Source: Gemmatimonadota bacterium (lineage in GTDB: Bacteria; Gemmatimonadota; Gemmatimonadetes; JACCXV01; JAHWKZ01). From it: 64,000 bases of DNA. The DNA is taken from contig DATKCO010000003.1 in assembly GCA_035513155.1 (NCBI GenBank), positions 543 to 64,542 of the forward strand, read 5' to 3'. Of the stretch, positions 17,450 through 25,906 are shown piece after piece. The position numbers and the translations under genes are program-made. Below the pieces are notes generated by a model. It saw nothing but the letters and a program-made list of their open reading frames with translations. It had not been told where the DNA came from and ran no database searches. Within the stretch, counting starts at the first letter, position 1; each line of letters begins with the position of its first letter.

Positions 17450-18739
17450 GTGATGACCTGGTCCCGAAACGCCATCCTGTATCCGCTGGCGGGTGTCGGC
17501 GCCGTCGCGTCGCTGTATGCGATCTATGCGCTGGCGACCGCCGAGCCCACCGACGTGCTGCCGCGCAAGCTGAGCAGTGGGGACGACCGCGGCAGGATGG
17601 ATCTCGCGACCACCCTCGCCGCCAACCTCGACGCCCCTCTCCTGGAAGGGAATCGCGTCGAGCTGCTGGAGAACGGGGATGAGATCTTCCCGCCCATGCT
17701 GGAGGCGATCGGGGACGCGCGGCAGTCGATCAACTTCCTCACCTACGTCTACTGGGAGGGCGACATCGCCCGCCGGTTCGCCGCCGAGCTCTCCGCCGCG
17801 TGCCGCCGCGGGGTCGAGGTCCGGGTGCTCCTCGATGCGGTCGGGTCGGTCAAGATGGACGACGCGCTGATCGAGGAGATGGAGGGGGCGGGTTGCCGGG
17901 TCGCGCGCTTCCGTCCGCCACGCTGGAACGAGCTCCGCCGCCTGAACGGCCGCACCCATCGCAAGGTGCTGGTGGTCGATGGCACTCGCGGGTTCACCGG
18001 TGGCGTGGGGATCGCGGAGGAGTGGAGCGGGGACGCCCGCGGTCCCGGGCAATGGCGCGACGACCACTTCCGGGTCGAGGGCCCGGTCGTGCGCTACCTG
18101 CAGGGGGCCTTCGCCGATAACTGGCGGGAGGCGACCGGCGAGGTGCTGGCCGACGAGCGCTTCTATCCTTTGATTGAGCCCGCCGGCGACGCGCGCGCGA
18201 TCCCGCTCCTCGGCGGGCCCGGTGGCACGGTCTCGCCGATCGCGTTCCTCTACTGGATCGCGCTCCAGGGGGCACGGGAGCGGGTGTGGATCTCGACCCC
18301 GTACTACGTGCCCGACCCCGACCTCCAGGAGGCGATCGAGGCGACCGCCCGCCGGGGCGTCGAAGTCGTCCTCATCGTGCCGGGCGAGCGGAACGACTCG
18401 CGGGTGGTGCGCTGGGCGAGCCGGACGCAATACGGGGCGCTGCTCGAGGCGGGGGTCCGAATCTACGAGTTCGAGCCCACGATGTTCCACGTCAAGGCCC
18501 TGACGGTCGACCGGGAGTGGGCGATCGTCGGCTCGGCGAACTTCGACAACCGCTCGTTCGAGCTGAACTACGAGACCGTCCTGGCGGTGGAGGACCCCGC
18601 GCTGGTCGAGGCCCTCGACGCTTCCATGCGGCGGGACATCGAGCGGTCGCGGGAGATCACGCGGGAAGACGTGGCTGGGTGGTCGGCGCTCGAGCGCGCC
18701 CGGGATCACCTCGCCCTGTCCCTGCGCGAGCAGATCTGA
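17450..18739 (+). CDS. cls: Cardiolipin synthase (PLD superfamily)
   Basis: Two HKD motifs: 'HRKVLVVDGTRGFTGGVGI' and 'HVKALTVDREWAIVGSANFDNRS'. Confidence 0.9.
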   Translation: MMTWSRNAILYPLAGVGAVASLYAIYALATAEPTDVLPRKLSSGDDRGRMDLATTLAANLDAPLLEGNRVELLENGDEIFPPMLEAIGDARQSINFLTYVYWEGDIARRFAAELSAACRRGVEVRVLLDAVGSVKMDDALIEEMEGAGCRVARFRPPRWNELRRLNGRTHRKVLVVDGTRGFTGGVGIAEEWSGDARGPGQWRDDHFRVEGPVVRYLQGAFADNWREATGEVLADERFYPLIEPAGDARAIPLLGGPGGTVSPIAFLYWIALQGARERVWISTPYYVPDPDLQEAIEATARRGVEVVLIVPGERNDSRVVRWASRTQYGALLEAGVRIYEFEPTMFHVKALTVDREWAIVGSANFDNRSFELNYETVLAVEDPALVEALDASMRRDIERSREITREDVAGWSALERARDHLALSLREQI

Positions 18740-18751
18740 GGCCACCCCGGG

Positions 18752-19156
18752 TCACTCGGGCCACGGGTCCCGCAGCCGGTCGAGCTCGCGGCGCTCCTTC
18801 TTCGTGGGCCGTCCCTTCCCACGGAACGTGGTCTGGGGCATCAACCGAAGCTGGGATTCCCGCTCGCGGCGGAGCGTCCGGCTCTCGGCGGTCTCCTCGA
18901 ACAGGGCGGCCGCCTCCGCGGCCGTTCCGCGTCGCTCCGCGAGACCCGAGACGACCAGCGTGCGCTCGATCGGCCCGTGCCGGACGCGGACGACATCCCC
19001 GACCCTGACGGGGGTGCCCGTCTTGGGCCGGGTGTCGTTGAGCCGGACCTTGCCGCCCTCGATCGCCTTGGCGGCCCGGGAACGGGTCTTGAACATCCGC
19101 GCCGCCCAGAGCCAGCGGTCGACCCGCACGCTCTCGTCGACGTGACCCTCGGTCAC
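18752..19156 (-). CDS. RNA-binding S4 domain protein (heat-shock protein 15/HslR-like)
   Basis: The GTG at 19156 gives 'VRVDRWLWAARMFKTRSRAAKAIEGGKVRLNDTRPKTGTPVRVGDVV'. GTGA overlap with the upstream DUF309 gene. Confidence 0.8.
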   Translation of the reverse strand: MTEGHVDESVRVDRWLWAARMFKTRSRAAKAIEGGKVRLNDTRPKTGTPVRVGDVVRVRHGPIERTLVVSGLAERRGTAAEAAALFEETAESRTLRRERESQLRLMPQTTFRGKGRPTKKERRELDRLRDPWPE

Positions 19157-19674
19157 GAGGGCTCCTCTGCGAGCGTGATGCGGGGAGGGGGTCCGGATCC
19201 GGAGAACGCGGAGCGCACGTCGTCGGCGAGCCGCTCGAGATCGACACCCATGACCACGGGCCCGAGCGTCCGCGCGGCTCGGAGCCCGCGGAGCGCGCGC
19301 GCCGCCTGGCGCCGCGACGCCGCGTCGTGTTTGCGGCGGCGGTTGAGGAGCGCCGCGGACAGGTGGACGAGCGACTGGGCGAAGCGGGCGTGCGGGGTGG
19401 TCCGCCCCGAGGCGTGCCAGAGCCCCTCCAGCGCCTCGTGACACTCCCACCAGTATTCGCGGTTGAACAGGTCGACGGCCCAGCGCCACTCGTCCAGGGT
19501 CCGCCAATCGTCGGGGATCCAGGAAGCGGGGGGCGCGGAGATCTCGTCGCGGGAGTGCCCCCCGGGGTCGCGCGTCGGATGTGGGGTCTCGCCGGGGAGG
19601 AACGCGTAGGGAGGAAGGGGGCGCGTCGAGTATCGCGGGGGTGTTCTCAGGGGATTCCGGGGTCGATCTCTCAC
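19153..19674 (-). CDS. DUF309 domain protein
   Basis: 'AVDLFNREYWWECHEALEGLWH...ARFAQSLVHLSAALLNRRRKH' is the DUF309 signature pattern. Confidence 0.7.
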   Translation of the reverse strand: MRDRPRNPLRTPPRYSTRPLPPYAFLPGETPHPTRDPGGHSRDEISAPPASWIPDDWRTLDEWRWAVDLFNREYWWECHEALEGLWHASGRTTPHARFAQSLVHLSAALLNRRRKHDAASRRQAARALRGLRAARTLGPVVMGVDLERLADDVRSAFSGSGPPPRITLAEEPS

Positions 19675-19791
19675 GGGTCGAGGATACCGCCAGCCGCCGC
19701 GGGAGAACCAGCCAGCGGAAATAAGGATTGACCGCGACCGACCTGGTTCCCATCATTGATCCCTGGGATCTTTCTACAACTTCAAGGGTGC

Positions 19792-22700
19792 ATGACCACG
19801 CCCGCATCCCCAGCGTCCACCCGACGTCTCGCCGCGATCTGGTTCGCCGACATCGTCGGGTTCACGGGGATCTCGGCCAAGGACGAGCGGATAGCCATGT
19901 CGCTCGTCTCTCTGCTGCAGCTGTGCGCCCGCCGAGCGGTCGGCCACCACGGGGGGCGTCTCGTCAAGTTCATCGGTGACGAGGCGATGGCCGAGTTCGG
20001 CAGCACGGATTCTGCCGTTCTGGCCGCGCTCGAGCTCCGCTTGGACTTCACTGGACTCTCCGCCAAGCACTCCACGCCGGCCCTTCTGAGGATCGGCGTA
20101 CACCTGGGTGATGTCGTCACCTCCGAGGGGGACATCTACGGCGACGGCGTGAACACGACGAGCAGGATCGAGCGCGAGGCGCGACCCGGTGAGATCCTGG
20201 TCAGCGAAGAGGTGTGGCGCCAACTCCGGAAGCGTACCGAGTTCGTCTTGGAAGACCGGGGAGAGCGTGAGCTGCGCGGTCTCGACGGGTCCCTTCGACT
20301 CTACTCCGTGACGCTGGGGGAGGCGCCGGAGCACGCGCAGTCGCCCGGGGAGCCGCTGTTGCCGGATTCGTGGGCCATCGCCGTGCTCCCCTTCATCGAC
20401 ATCAGTCCGGCGCACGACAACGAATACTTCAGCGACGGAATGACCGAGGAGCTGATCCATTCTCTGTCGAGGGTCGACGGTCTGCGAGTGGCCTCGCGCA
20501 CGTCATCCTACGCGTTCAAGGGTAGGAGCCTGGGGATCAAGGAGATTGCCCAAGCGCTGCGGGTGAACGTCGTCCTCGAGGGCAGCGTCCGGAAAGTCGG
20601 CACCCGGGTTCGCGTCACGCCCCTTCTCATCGACGCGACGAATGGATATCAGCTCTGGACCGAGACCTTCGAGCGTGAGCTCGAGAACGTATTCGACCTC
20701 CAGGAGACGATCTCAGGAGCGATCGTGGACGCTCTGCAGATCAAGCTGGGCCCGGAGCAGATCGTGCGCGAGCACACCCGGGACACCCTGGCCTACGACG
20801 AGTACCTCAAGGGACGGTTCCATTGGAACCGACATTCGCCGGCCGACTTCCAGAAGAGCATCGGACACTACGAGCGGGCGATCGCCGCCGACCCGGGATA
20901 CGCGCTCGCCTGGGCAGGTCTGGCGGATACGTATTGCACGATGGGGGCCGTATTCCTGGCCAGGCCGGGCGACGTCTATCCGCGCGCGAAGGAAGCGGCG
21001 CGCAAGGCGATCGATCTCGACCCCCGGCTGGCGCCGGCCCACGCGGCGCTGGCGGAGGTTCAGGTCCGTTACGAGTGGGACTGGGAGGAAGCCGAGCGTG
21101 GCTTCCGACGGGCCCTGGCGCTGGATCCCGAGTACGCCGATGCCCGCTACAGGTACGCGAACCTGCTGCGCGACCTGGGTCGCTTCGACGAGGCGATCGT
21201 GGAGGTGAGACGGGCCCAAGGGGCGGATCCCTACTCGCTCCCGATCTCGGCGGCCGTGGCCGGCGTTTTCTATCACGCGAGGCGCTACGACGAAGCGATC
21301 GCGGAATCGAGGCGGGCGGTCGAACAGGCGCCCACTTTCTACAACGCGAGCTACTACCTCGCCGTCTCCTACCTCATGAAGGGAATGCCCGAGGAGGCGG
21401 TGCGACACTTTCAGCGCGTCCATGAGCTGTCATCCGTGCCGGCCTCGATCGCGGGAATCATCGTGGCGTACGCCGCGGCCGGAAGACGCGAGGAGGCGAT
21501 CGCACTGCAGACCGAGCTGCTGGAGATGGCAGAAGGAGGGGCCCCCTTCGCGTATCCGGTGGCATCCGCGTGTGTGGCACTCGGAGATCGGGAACAAGCC
21601 TTTCGCTGGTTCGACCGGGCCGTCGAAGAGCGGACGAGCTGGCTTACGAGCCTCCGCGTCGAGCCACGCTTCGAGCACCTCCACGGAGATCCACGCTTTC
21701 GGCGGCTGCTTGAGCGCGTCGGCCTGGTCCCCAGGGAGGCGCGGAGCAAGCACAATCTGCCCGCACAGCAGACCTCCATGCTGGGACGAGAGCGTGATCT
21801 GAGAGAAGTGGAGCGACTCCTTCACGACTCGGCGGTCCGCATCGTGACCTTGGTCGGTCCGGGTGGCGTCGGGAAGACCAGGCTCGCGCTCGAGAGCGCT
21901 TCCCGCGGGCTGGATGGATTCCCGGACGGAGTCTGGTTCGTCCCGTTATCGGCCGTGGATCACCCCGAGCTTCTCCTTTCCACCATCGCGCGCGCCCTGG
22001 GGTTGAGGGAAGCAGCGCCCGATCCACAAGAGGCGCTGGTCGCAGAACTGCGGGACGCCCGGACCCTGCTCGTCTTGGACGGCTTTGAACATCTCCTCCC
22101 TGCGGCCTCCGCTCTGGTCGACCTTCTCGCCGAGCTTCCGGACCTCCGCGTTATCGTCACGAGCCAGGCCGTGCTTCGTGTCCGGGGAGAGCGAGTCTTC
22201 CTGGTTCAGCCGCTCGGTTTTCCGGAGGCCGGGAGCGAGTTGAACGCCTCACAACTGGAAGGGTACGGGGCAGTCGCCTTGTTCATGGACCGTATGGAAG
22301 CCGTCAAGCCTGCCTACCGCCCGAACGCGACCGACCTGGAGGCCATCGTGGAAATCTGTCGGCAACTCGACGGGCTCCCGCTGGCGATCGAACTGGCGGC
22401 AGCCAGGCTGCGCCTCATGCCACCGCCGGCCCTTCTGGGGCGTCTCGAGAATCGCTTCGTGTTCCTGGTCGAGGGGCCGAGGGACCTCCCCCAGCGACAC
22501 CAGACCCTGGAGGCGGTATGCGATTGGAGCTACGGGCTCCTCGATCCTCGCGAGCAGGCGACGTTCCGTGACCTCGCTCCCTTCTCGGGTGGCTGCAGCC
22601 TGGAAGCCGCGGAGTGGATGGAGCGCGGCAGAACGGCAGGAGGGCAGACCCCCCAGGGCGGGGATCGACGCGAGGTGCTGGATCTGCTGGCCTCGCTCGT

Positions 22701-23988
22701 CGAAAAGAGCCTGCTGCGACAGGTGGAGACCGGCGAGGGTGAACCTCGCTTCCAGATGCTGGAGACGATCCGGCAGTATGGACTCCGTCTCATCGAGTCG
22801 TTGGGCGAGTCCGCGGCGGTCCGTGGGCGTCAGCTCGACTACCTCCTGGACCTGGGATTGCGAGCCGAGTCCGCGCTCACGGGGCCCGACCAGGCCGAGT
22901 GGCTCGACCGCCTGGAGCGGGACTACGAGAACATGGTCGCGGTCATGGACTGGGGGTTGGAAGCAGGGGAAGTGGAGAAGGCCGTCCGACTGGGTAGCGC
23001 GATGTGGTGGTTCTTCTGGCTTCGCGGGCACTTCGGAGAGATGCGGAAGCGGCTCGACCTGGCGCTCCAGCGGGGGGGAGGTCTGCCTGGCTCGCTGCGG
23101 GCCAATCTCCACGTGGCGAGCGGAGCCATGGCTACGCTGGATGGTGAGGATGATCTCGCCGCCCGGCACTTCGAACAGGCGGTCGCGCTCGAAAGGGAGC
23201 GTGACGATCCACGCGGGATGCCGCGCGCCCTGAGGGGCTTCGCCTCTGCGCTCGCAAATCTGGGTCAGTACGAGGCGGCCGTTCCCTTCTACGAGGAGGC
23301 GCTGCGGATCGATCGCGACCTCGGGAACCGCGCGGGGGAGTCCGCCGCGCTGCGGGGGATGGGAAAGATGGCTCTCTCCCTGGGAGATCTCGACGGAGCA
23401 CGCGATCATTTCGACAAGGCGCTCGTCATCGCGCGCTCGATGGGGGGGCCGCAGTACATGGCGTACGCGCTGGCCGGGTTGGGAGACGTCGCGCGGGAAC
23501 AGGGCCGGTTGGCCGAGGCCACTCGTCTGTACGAGGAGGGACTGCGACACTGTCGAGAGATCGGCAGCCGACCGGGAGTCCTCTCCGCGTTGCAGAATCT
23601 GGCCCTGATGGAGTTGGCCTCGCACGACCTGGAGTCCGCGGAGGCTCGTTTCACCGAGGCCCTCCAGATGGCTCGATCGCTGGGGGATCGAGGACGCCTG
23701 GCGATCTCATTGCTCGGGCTGGGGCGGATCTCTGTTGCCCGGGAGAACCCAGAGCGGGGGGTTCGACTCATCGGGGCGGCCCGGCACGTAAAGGGATCCA
23801 GGCCCACCGAAGAGCTCGATCGGAGACATGGGGAATCGGAGCGATCGCTGGCGACCGCCAGGGAAGCACTGGGCGTCGAGGGGGTCGAGCGACTGCTGGA
23901 GGAAGCTCGTTCGATGCCGCTCGCGACTACGGTCGAGTGGGCGCTGGGGCAGAGCCCGAAGCCGGTCCAGCCGGGAGGAGCCGCCTAA
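19792..23988 (+). CDS. Multidomain signalling protein: class III adenylate/guanylate cyclase, TolB-N-like domain, TPR, NB-ARC/AAA (STAND) NTPase, TPR
   Basis: Cyclase: 'AAIWFADIVGFTG...FIGDEAMAEF...GVHLGDVV...GDGVNTTSRIE'. TolB-like: 'IAVLPFIDISPAHDNEYFSDGMTEELIHSLSRVDGLRVASRTS'. P-loop 'LVGPGGVGKTRLA' and Walker B 'LLVLDGFEHL'. Many TPR-like repeats lie before and after the NTPase. Confidence 0.85.
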   Translation: MTTPASPASTRRLAAIWFADIVGFTGISAKDERIAMSLVSLLQLCARRAVGHHGGRLVKFIGDEAMAEFGSTDSAVLAALELRLDFTGLSAKHSTPALLRIGVHLGDVVTSEGDIYGDGVNTTSRIEREARPGEILVSEEVWRQLRKRTEFVLEDRGERELRGLDGSLRLYSVTLGEAPEHAQSPGEPLLPDSWAIAVLPFIDISPAHDNEYFSDGMTEELIHSLSRVDGLRVASRTSSYAFKGRSLGIKEIAQALRVNVVLEGSVRKVGTRVRVTPLLIDATNGYQLWTETFERELENVFDLQETISGAIVDALQIKLGPEQIVREHTRDTLAYDEYLKGRFHWNRHSPADFQKSIGHYERAIAADPGYALAWAGLADTYCTMGAVFLARPGDVYPRAKEAARKAIDLDPRLAPAHAALAEVQVRYEWDWEEAERGFRRALALDPEYADARYRYANLLRDLGRFDEAIVEVRRAQGADPYSLPISAAVAGVFYHARRYDEAIAESRRAVEQAPTFYNASYYLAVSYLMKGMPEEAVRHFQRVHELSSVPASIAGIIVAYAAAGRREEAIALQTELLEMAEGGAPFAYPVASACVALGDREQAFRWFDRAVEERTSWLTSLRVEPRFEHLHGDPRFRRLLERVGLVPREARSKHNLPAQQTSMLGRERDLREVERLLHDSAVRIVTLVGPGGVGKTRLALESASRGLDGFPDGVWFVPLSAVDHPELLLSTIARALGLREAAPDPQEALVAELRDARTLLVLDGFEHLLPAASALVDLLAELPDLRVIVTSQAVLRVRGERVFLVQPLGFPEAGSELNASQLEGYGAVALFMDRMEAVKPAYRPNATDLEAIVEICRQLDGLPLAIELAAARLRLMPPPALLGRLENRFVFLVEGPRDLPQRHQTLEAVCDWSYGLLDPREQATFRDLAPFSGGCSLEAAEWMERGRTAGGQTPQGGDRREVLDLLASLVEKSLLRQVETGEGEPRFQMLETIRQYGLRLIESLGESAAVRGRQLDYLLDLGLRAESALTGPDQAEWLDRLERDYENMVAVMDWGLEAGEVEKAVRLGSAMWWFFWLRGHFGEMRKRLDLALQRGGGLPGSLRANLHVASGAMATLDGEDDLAARHFEQAVALERERDDPRGMPRALRGFASALANLGQYEAAVPFYEEALRIDRDLGNRAGESAALRGMGKMALSLGDLDGARDHFDKALVIARSMGGPQYMAYALAGLGDVAREQGRLAEATRLYEEGLRHCREIGSRPGVLSALQNLALMELASHDLESAEARFTEALQMARSLGDRGRLAISLLGLGRISVARENPERGVRLIGAARHVKGSRPTEELDRRHGESERSLATAREALGVEGVERLLEEARSMPLATTVEWALGQSPKPVQPGGAA

Positions 23989-24095
23989 CGCGGGGAGCGA
24001 TGCAGGCGGCTAGGCGCGAATACGCGCTCCTGTCCCGGCGTGGGCTTGAGCGCCGCCAGGACCGCGATTCCGATCATCATCGCGAGGATCTCCAT
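23985..24095 (-). CDS. Candidate 36-aa hydrophobic micro-protein
   Basis: The reverse strand reads GGAGGAAGACG-ATG and encodes 'MEILAMMIGIAVLAALKPTPGQERVFAPSRLHRSPR*'. GC3-rich codons. Its 3' end overlaps the stop region of the convergent cyclase gene by 4 nt. Not in the ORF track (<60 aa). Confidence 0.3.
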   Translation of the reverse strand: MEILAMMIGIAVLAALKPTPGQERVFAPSRLHRSPR

Positions 24096-24206
24096 CGTCT
24101 TCCTCCTTCCGGGTTCGCGTTGCCTTTCGACCCGTCCTACGTGAGCTTTCACCGGTGGGTTTCAAGCCGCAGGCTCTGTCTCCACTCCCCAGCCGAGAGG
24201 TGCCCC

Positions 24207-24809
24207 ATGACCGCCGAAGCCAGCACGAGCGCCCCGAGTTCCGCCCGACCGTTCTACATCGCGATCGGGGTCCTCGTACTCCTTTTGATCGCCACCTACG
24301 CGTGGAAGGTCGTAAGCGTCAACCGTGCCGAGGAGCGGATGGCCGAGGCCGAGAGGACGTGGGAGGAGGGCGCGCGCCACGCGGTCCTCGAGAACACGCG
24401 CTCGATGCTGGCGCTGGCGGCGGTTCCGCTCGGCCTCTCGGCGCGGGAGGAGGCGATGTCGCGGAACTACGGCCTCCTCGAGGAGCGGTTCGAGCGGCTG
24501 GTCCGGGAGCCCGGGGTGGAGCGCGTGCTCTACGCGACCGCCGGGGACTCGATCGCGGTCTCGACCGACCGCTCGCTGATCGGGCGTTCGCTGGACAGCG
24601 CGGTCCCCGCGCAGTACGCGCGCCCGATCGCGACCAACGTGATCGTGGAGGACGGGGCCTTCCACGCGATCGTCCCGATCACGGGACTCAACGAGCGGCT
24701 CGGCGTCGTCGTCCTCACGTACCGGCCACCGGCCGTCCCGGTGGAGGGCGCGTCGACCCCGGGGGACACGACGGCTCCGGTGGACGGGGGAGCTGACCCC
24801 GCTCCTTGA
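24207..24809 (+). CDS. Hypothetical membrane-anchored protein
   Basis: The internal ATG gives 'MTAEASTSAPSSARPFYIAIGVLVLLLIATYAWKV' (one TM helix) followed by a soluble domain. No family recognised. Confidence 0.45.
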   Translation: MTAEASTSAPSSARPFYIAIGVLVLLLIATYAWKVVSVNRAEERMAEAERTWEEGARHAVLENTRSMLALAAVPLGLSAREEAMSRNYGLLEERFERLVREPGVERVLYATAGDSIAVSTDRSLIGRSLDSAVPAQYARPIATNVIVEDGAFHAIVPITGLNERLGVVVLTYRPPAVPVEGASTPGDTTAPVDGGADPAP

Positions 24810-24853
24810 CATGGAAGGCAGCGATAGCTATTCCTGTTCAGGAATGATTCCTG
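24806..24853 (+). promoter_or_regulatory. Candidate ferritin promoter/operator: TTGACA followed by ATTCCTG-tt-CAGGAAT-g-ATTCCTG
   Basis: TTGACA at 24806-24811. A perfect 7-bp inverted repeat at 24830-24845 is followed by a third direct half-site at 24847-24853. It lies about 30 nt upstream of the ferritin ATG. Confidence 0.35.
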
Positions 24854-24883
24854 ATCGCCGCTGACCATCATCCCGGGGGAGAC

Positions 24884-25381
24884 ATGCTGAGCGACAAGCT
24901 CCAGAAGGCGCTGAACGAGCAGATCAACGACGAGCTGTTCGCTGCGTACCAGTACCTGGCCATGGCCGAGTACCTCCACTCCAAAAACCTCGACGGCTTC
25001 GCGCACTGGATGCGGCTCCAGCGCGAGGAGGAGATCGGCCACGCGATGAAGATCTTCGACTTCGTGCTCGACCGGGACGGCCGGGTCAAGCTGGGGGCGA
25101 TCGCGGCGCCGGCCACGAAGTTCAGCTCGACCATTGACGTCGCGAAGAAGGCGCTCGAGCACGAGCGCAAAGTCACGCAGGGGATCAACGAGCTCTACGA
25201 GGCGGCGAAGAAGGAGCAGGACTACCCGACCGAGGCGCTGATGCAGTGGTTCGTCCTCGAGCAGGTCGAGGAGGAGGCGAGCGCGCTCAAGATCGTCGAG
25301 CGGCTCGAGATGGCGGGCGACGACAGCGCCGCGCTGTTGATGATCGATCGGGAAATGGGCCAGCGCACGTCGACCGACTAG
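24884..25381 (+). CDS. ftn: Ferritin (non-haem, Ftn-type)
   Basis: 'LNEQINDELFAAYQYLAMAEYLHSKNLDGFAHWMRLQREEEIGHAMKIFDFV' carries the ferroxidase-centre E/ExxH pattern. Confidence 0.9.
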   Translation: MLSDKLQKALNEQINDELFAAYQYLAMAEYLHSKNLDGFAHWMRLQREEEIGHAMKIFDFVLDRDGRVKLGAIAAPATKFSSTIDVAKKALEHERKVTQGINELYEAAKKEQDYPTEALMQWFVLEQVEEEASALKIVERLEMAGDDSAALLMIDREMGQRTSTD

Positions 25382-25393
25382 ACGCCGCGGGGC

Positions 25394-25822
25394 CTATTCC
25401 TCGTCGTCCTCTTCGCCCGACTCCGACAGCAGCTCCTCGGAGAGCCCGGCGGGGGGGTTCCGATCGAGGAGCAGGATCGCCCCCTGGGGGACGATGAGGT
25501 AGGTCCGCCCCTCGAACTTGATCTCCACCGACGCCTTCCGCAGGAAGATCGCGTAATCCCCGACATGGGCCTGCATGGGGACGTGGCGCGTCGAGGATTC
25601 GAGGGTCTTCCAGGGCTCCTCTTCCATCGCGCCCGGGTCCGGGAGCGGGATGCCGGGCCCCGCCGCTACGATCCGCCCCGCCTGGACCGCCTCCTTCTCG
25701 ACCGCCCAGCGCGGCAGGTATAGCCCGACCTCGGTCCGGTGCTCGCCTTCGTCGGGCTGGATCAGCACCCGGTCGCCGATGACGACCAGCCGGTCCTCGA
25801 TGGGCATGGAATCGTCGGGCAT
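25394..25822 (-). CDS. GroES/Cpn10-family co-chaperonin-like protein with an insert and acidic tail
   Basis: 'IEDRLVVIGDRVLIQPDEGEHRTEVGLYLP...AGRIVAAGPG...HVGDYAIFLRKASVEIKFEGRTYLIVPQGAILLL', ending 'SGEEDDEE'. Only the 3' 143 codons of the 575-aa track ORF look coding. Confidence 0.6.
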   Translation of the reverse strand: MPDDSMPIEDRLVVIGDRVLIQPDEGEHRTEVGLYLPRWAVEKEAVQAGRIVAAGPGIPLPDPGAMEEEPWKTLESSTRHVPMQAHVGDYAIFLRKASVEIKFEGRTYLIVPQGAILLLDRNPPAGLSEELLSESGEEDDEE

Positions 25823-25906
25823 GAGAGGAAGGTGGTCCGGTCGTGACGAGGCGGCAACCCACCGCCCTCGTTCCGCTCCCCGGCGAATCCGCATAGGTTT
25901 CTGTCC

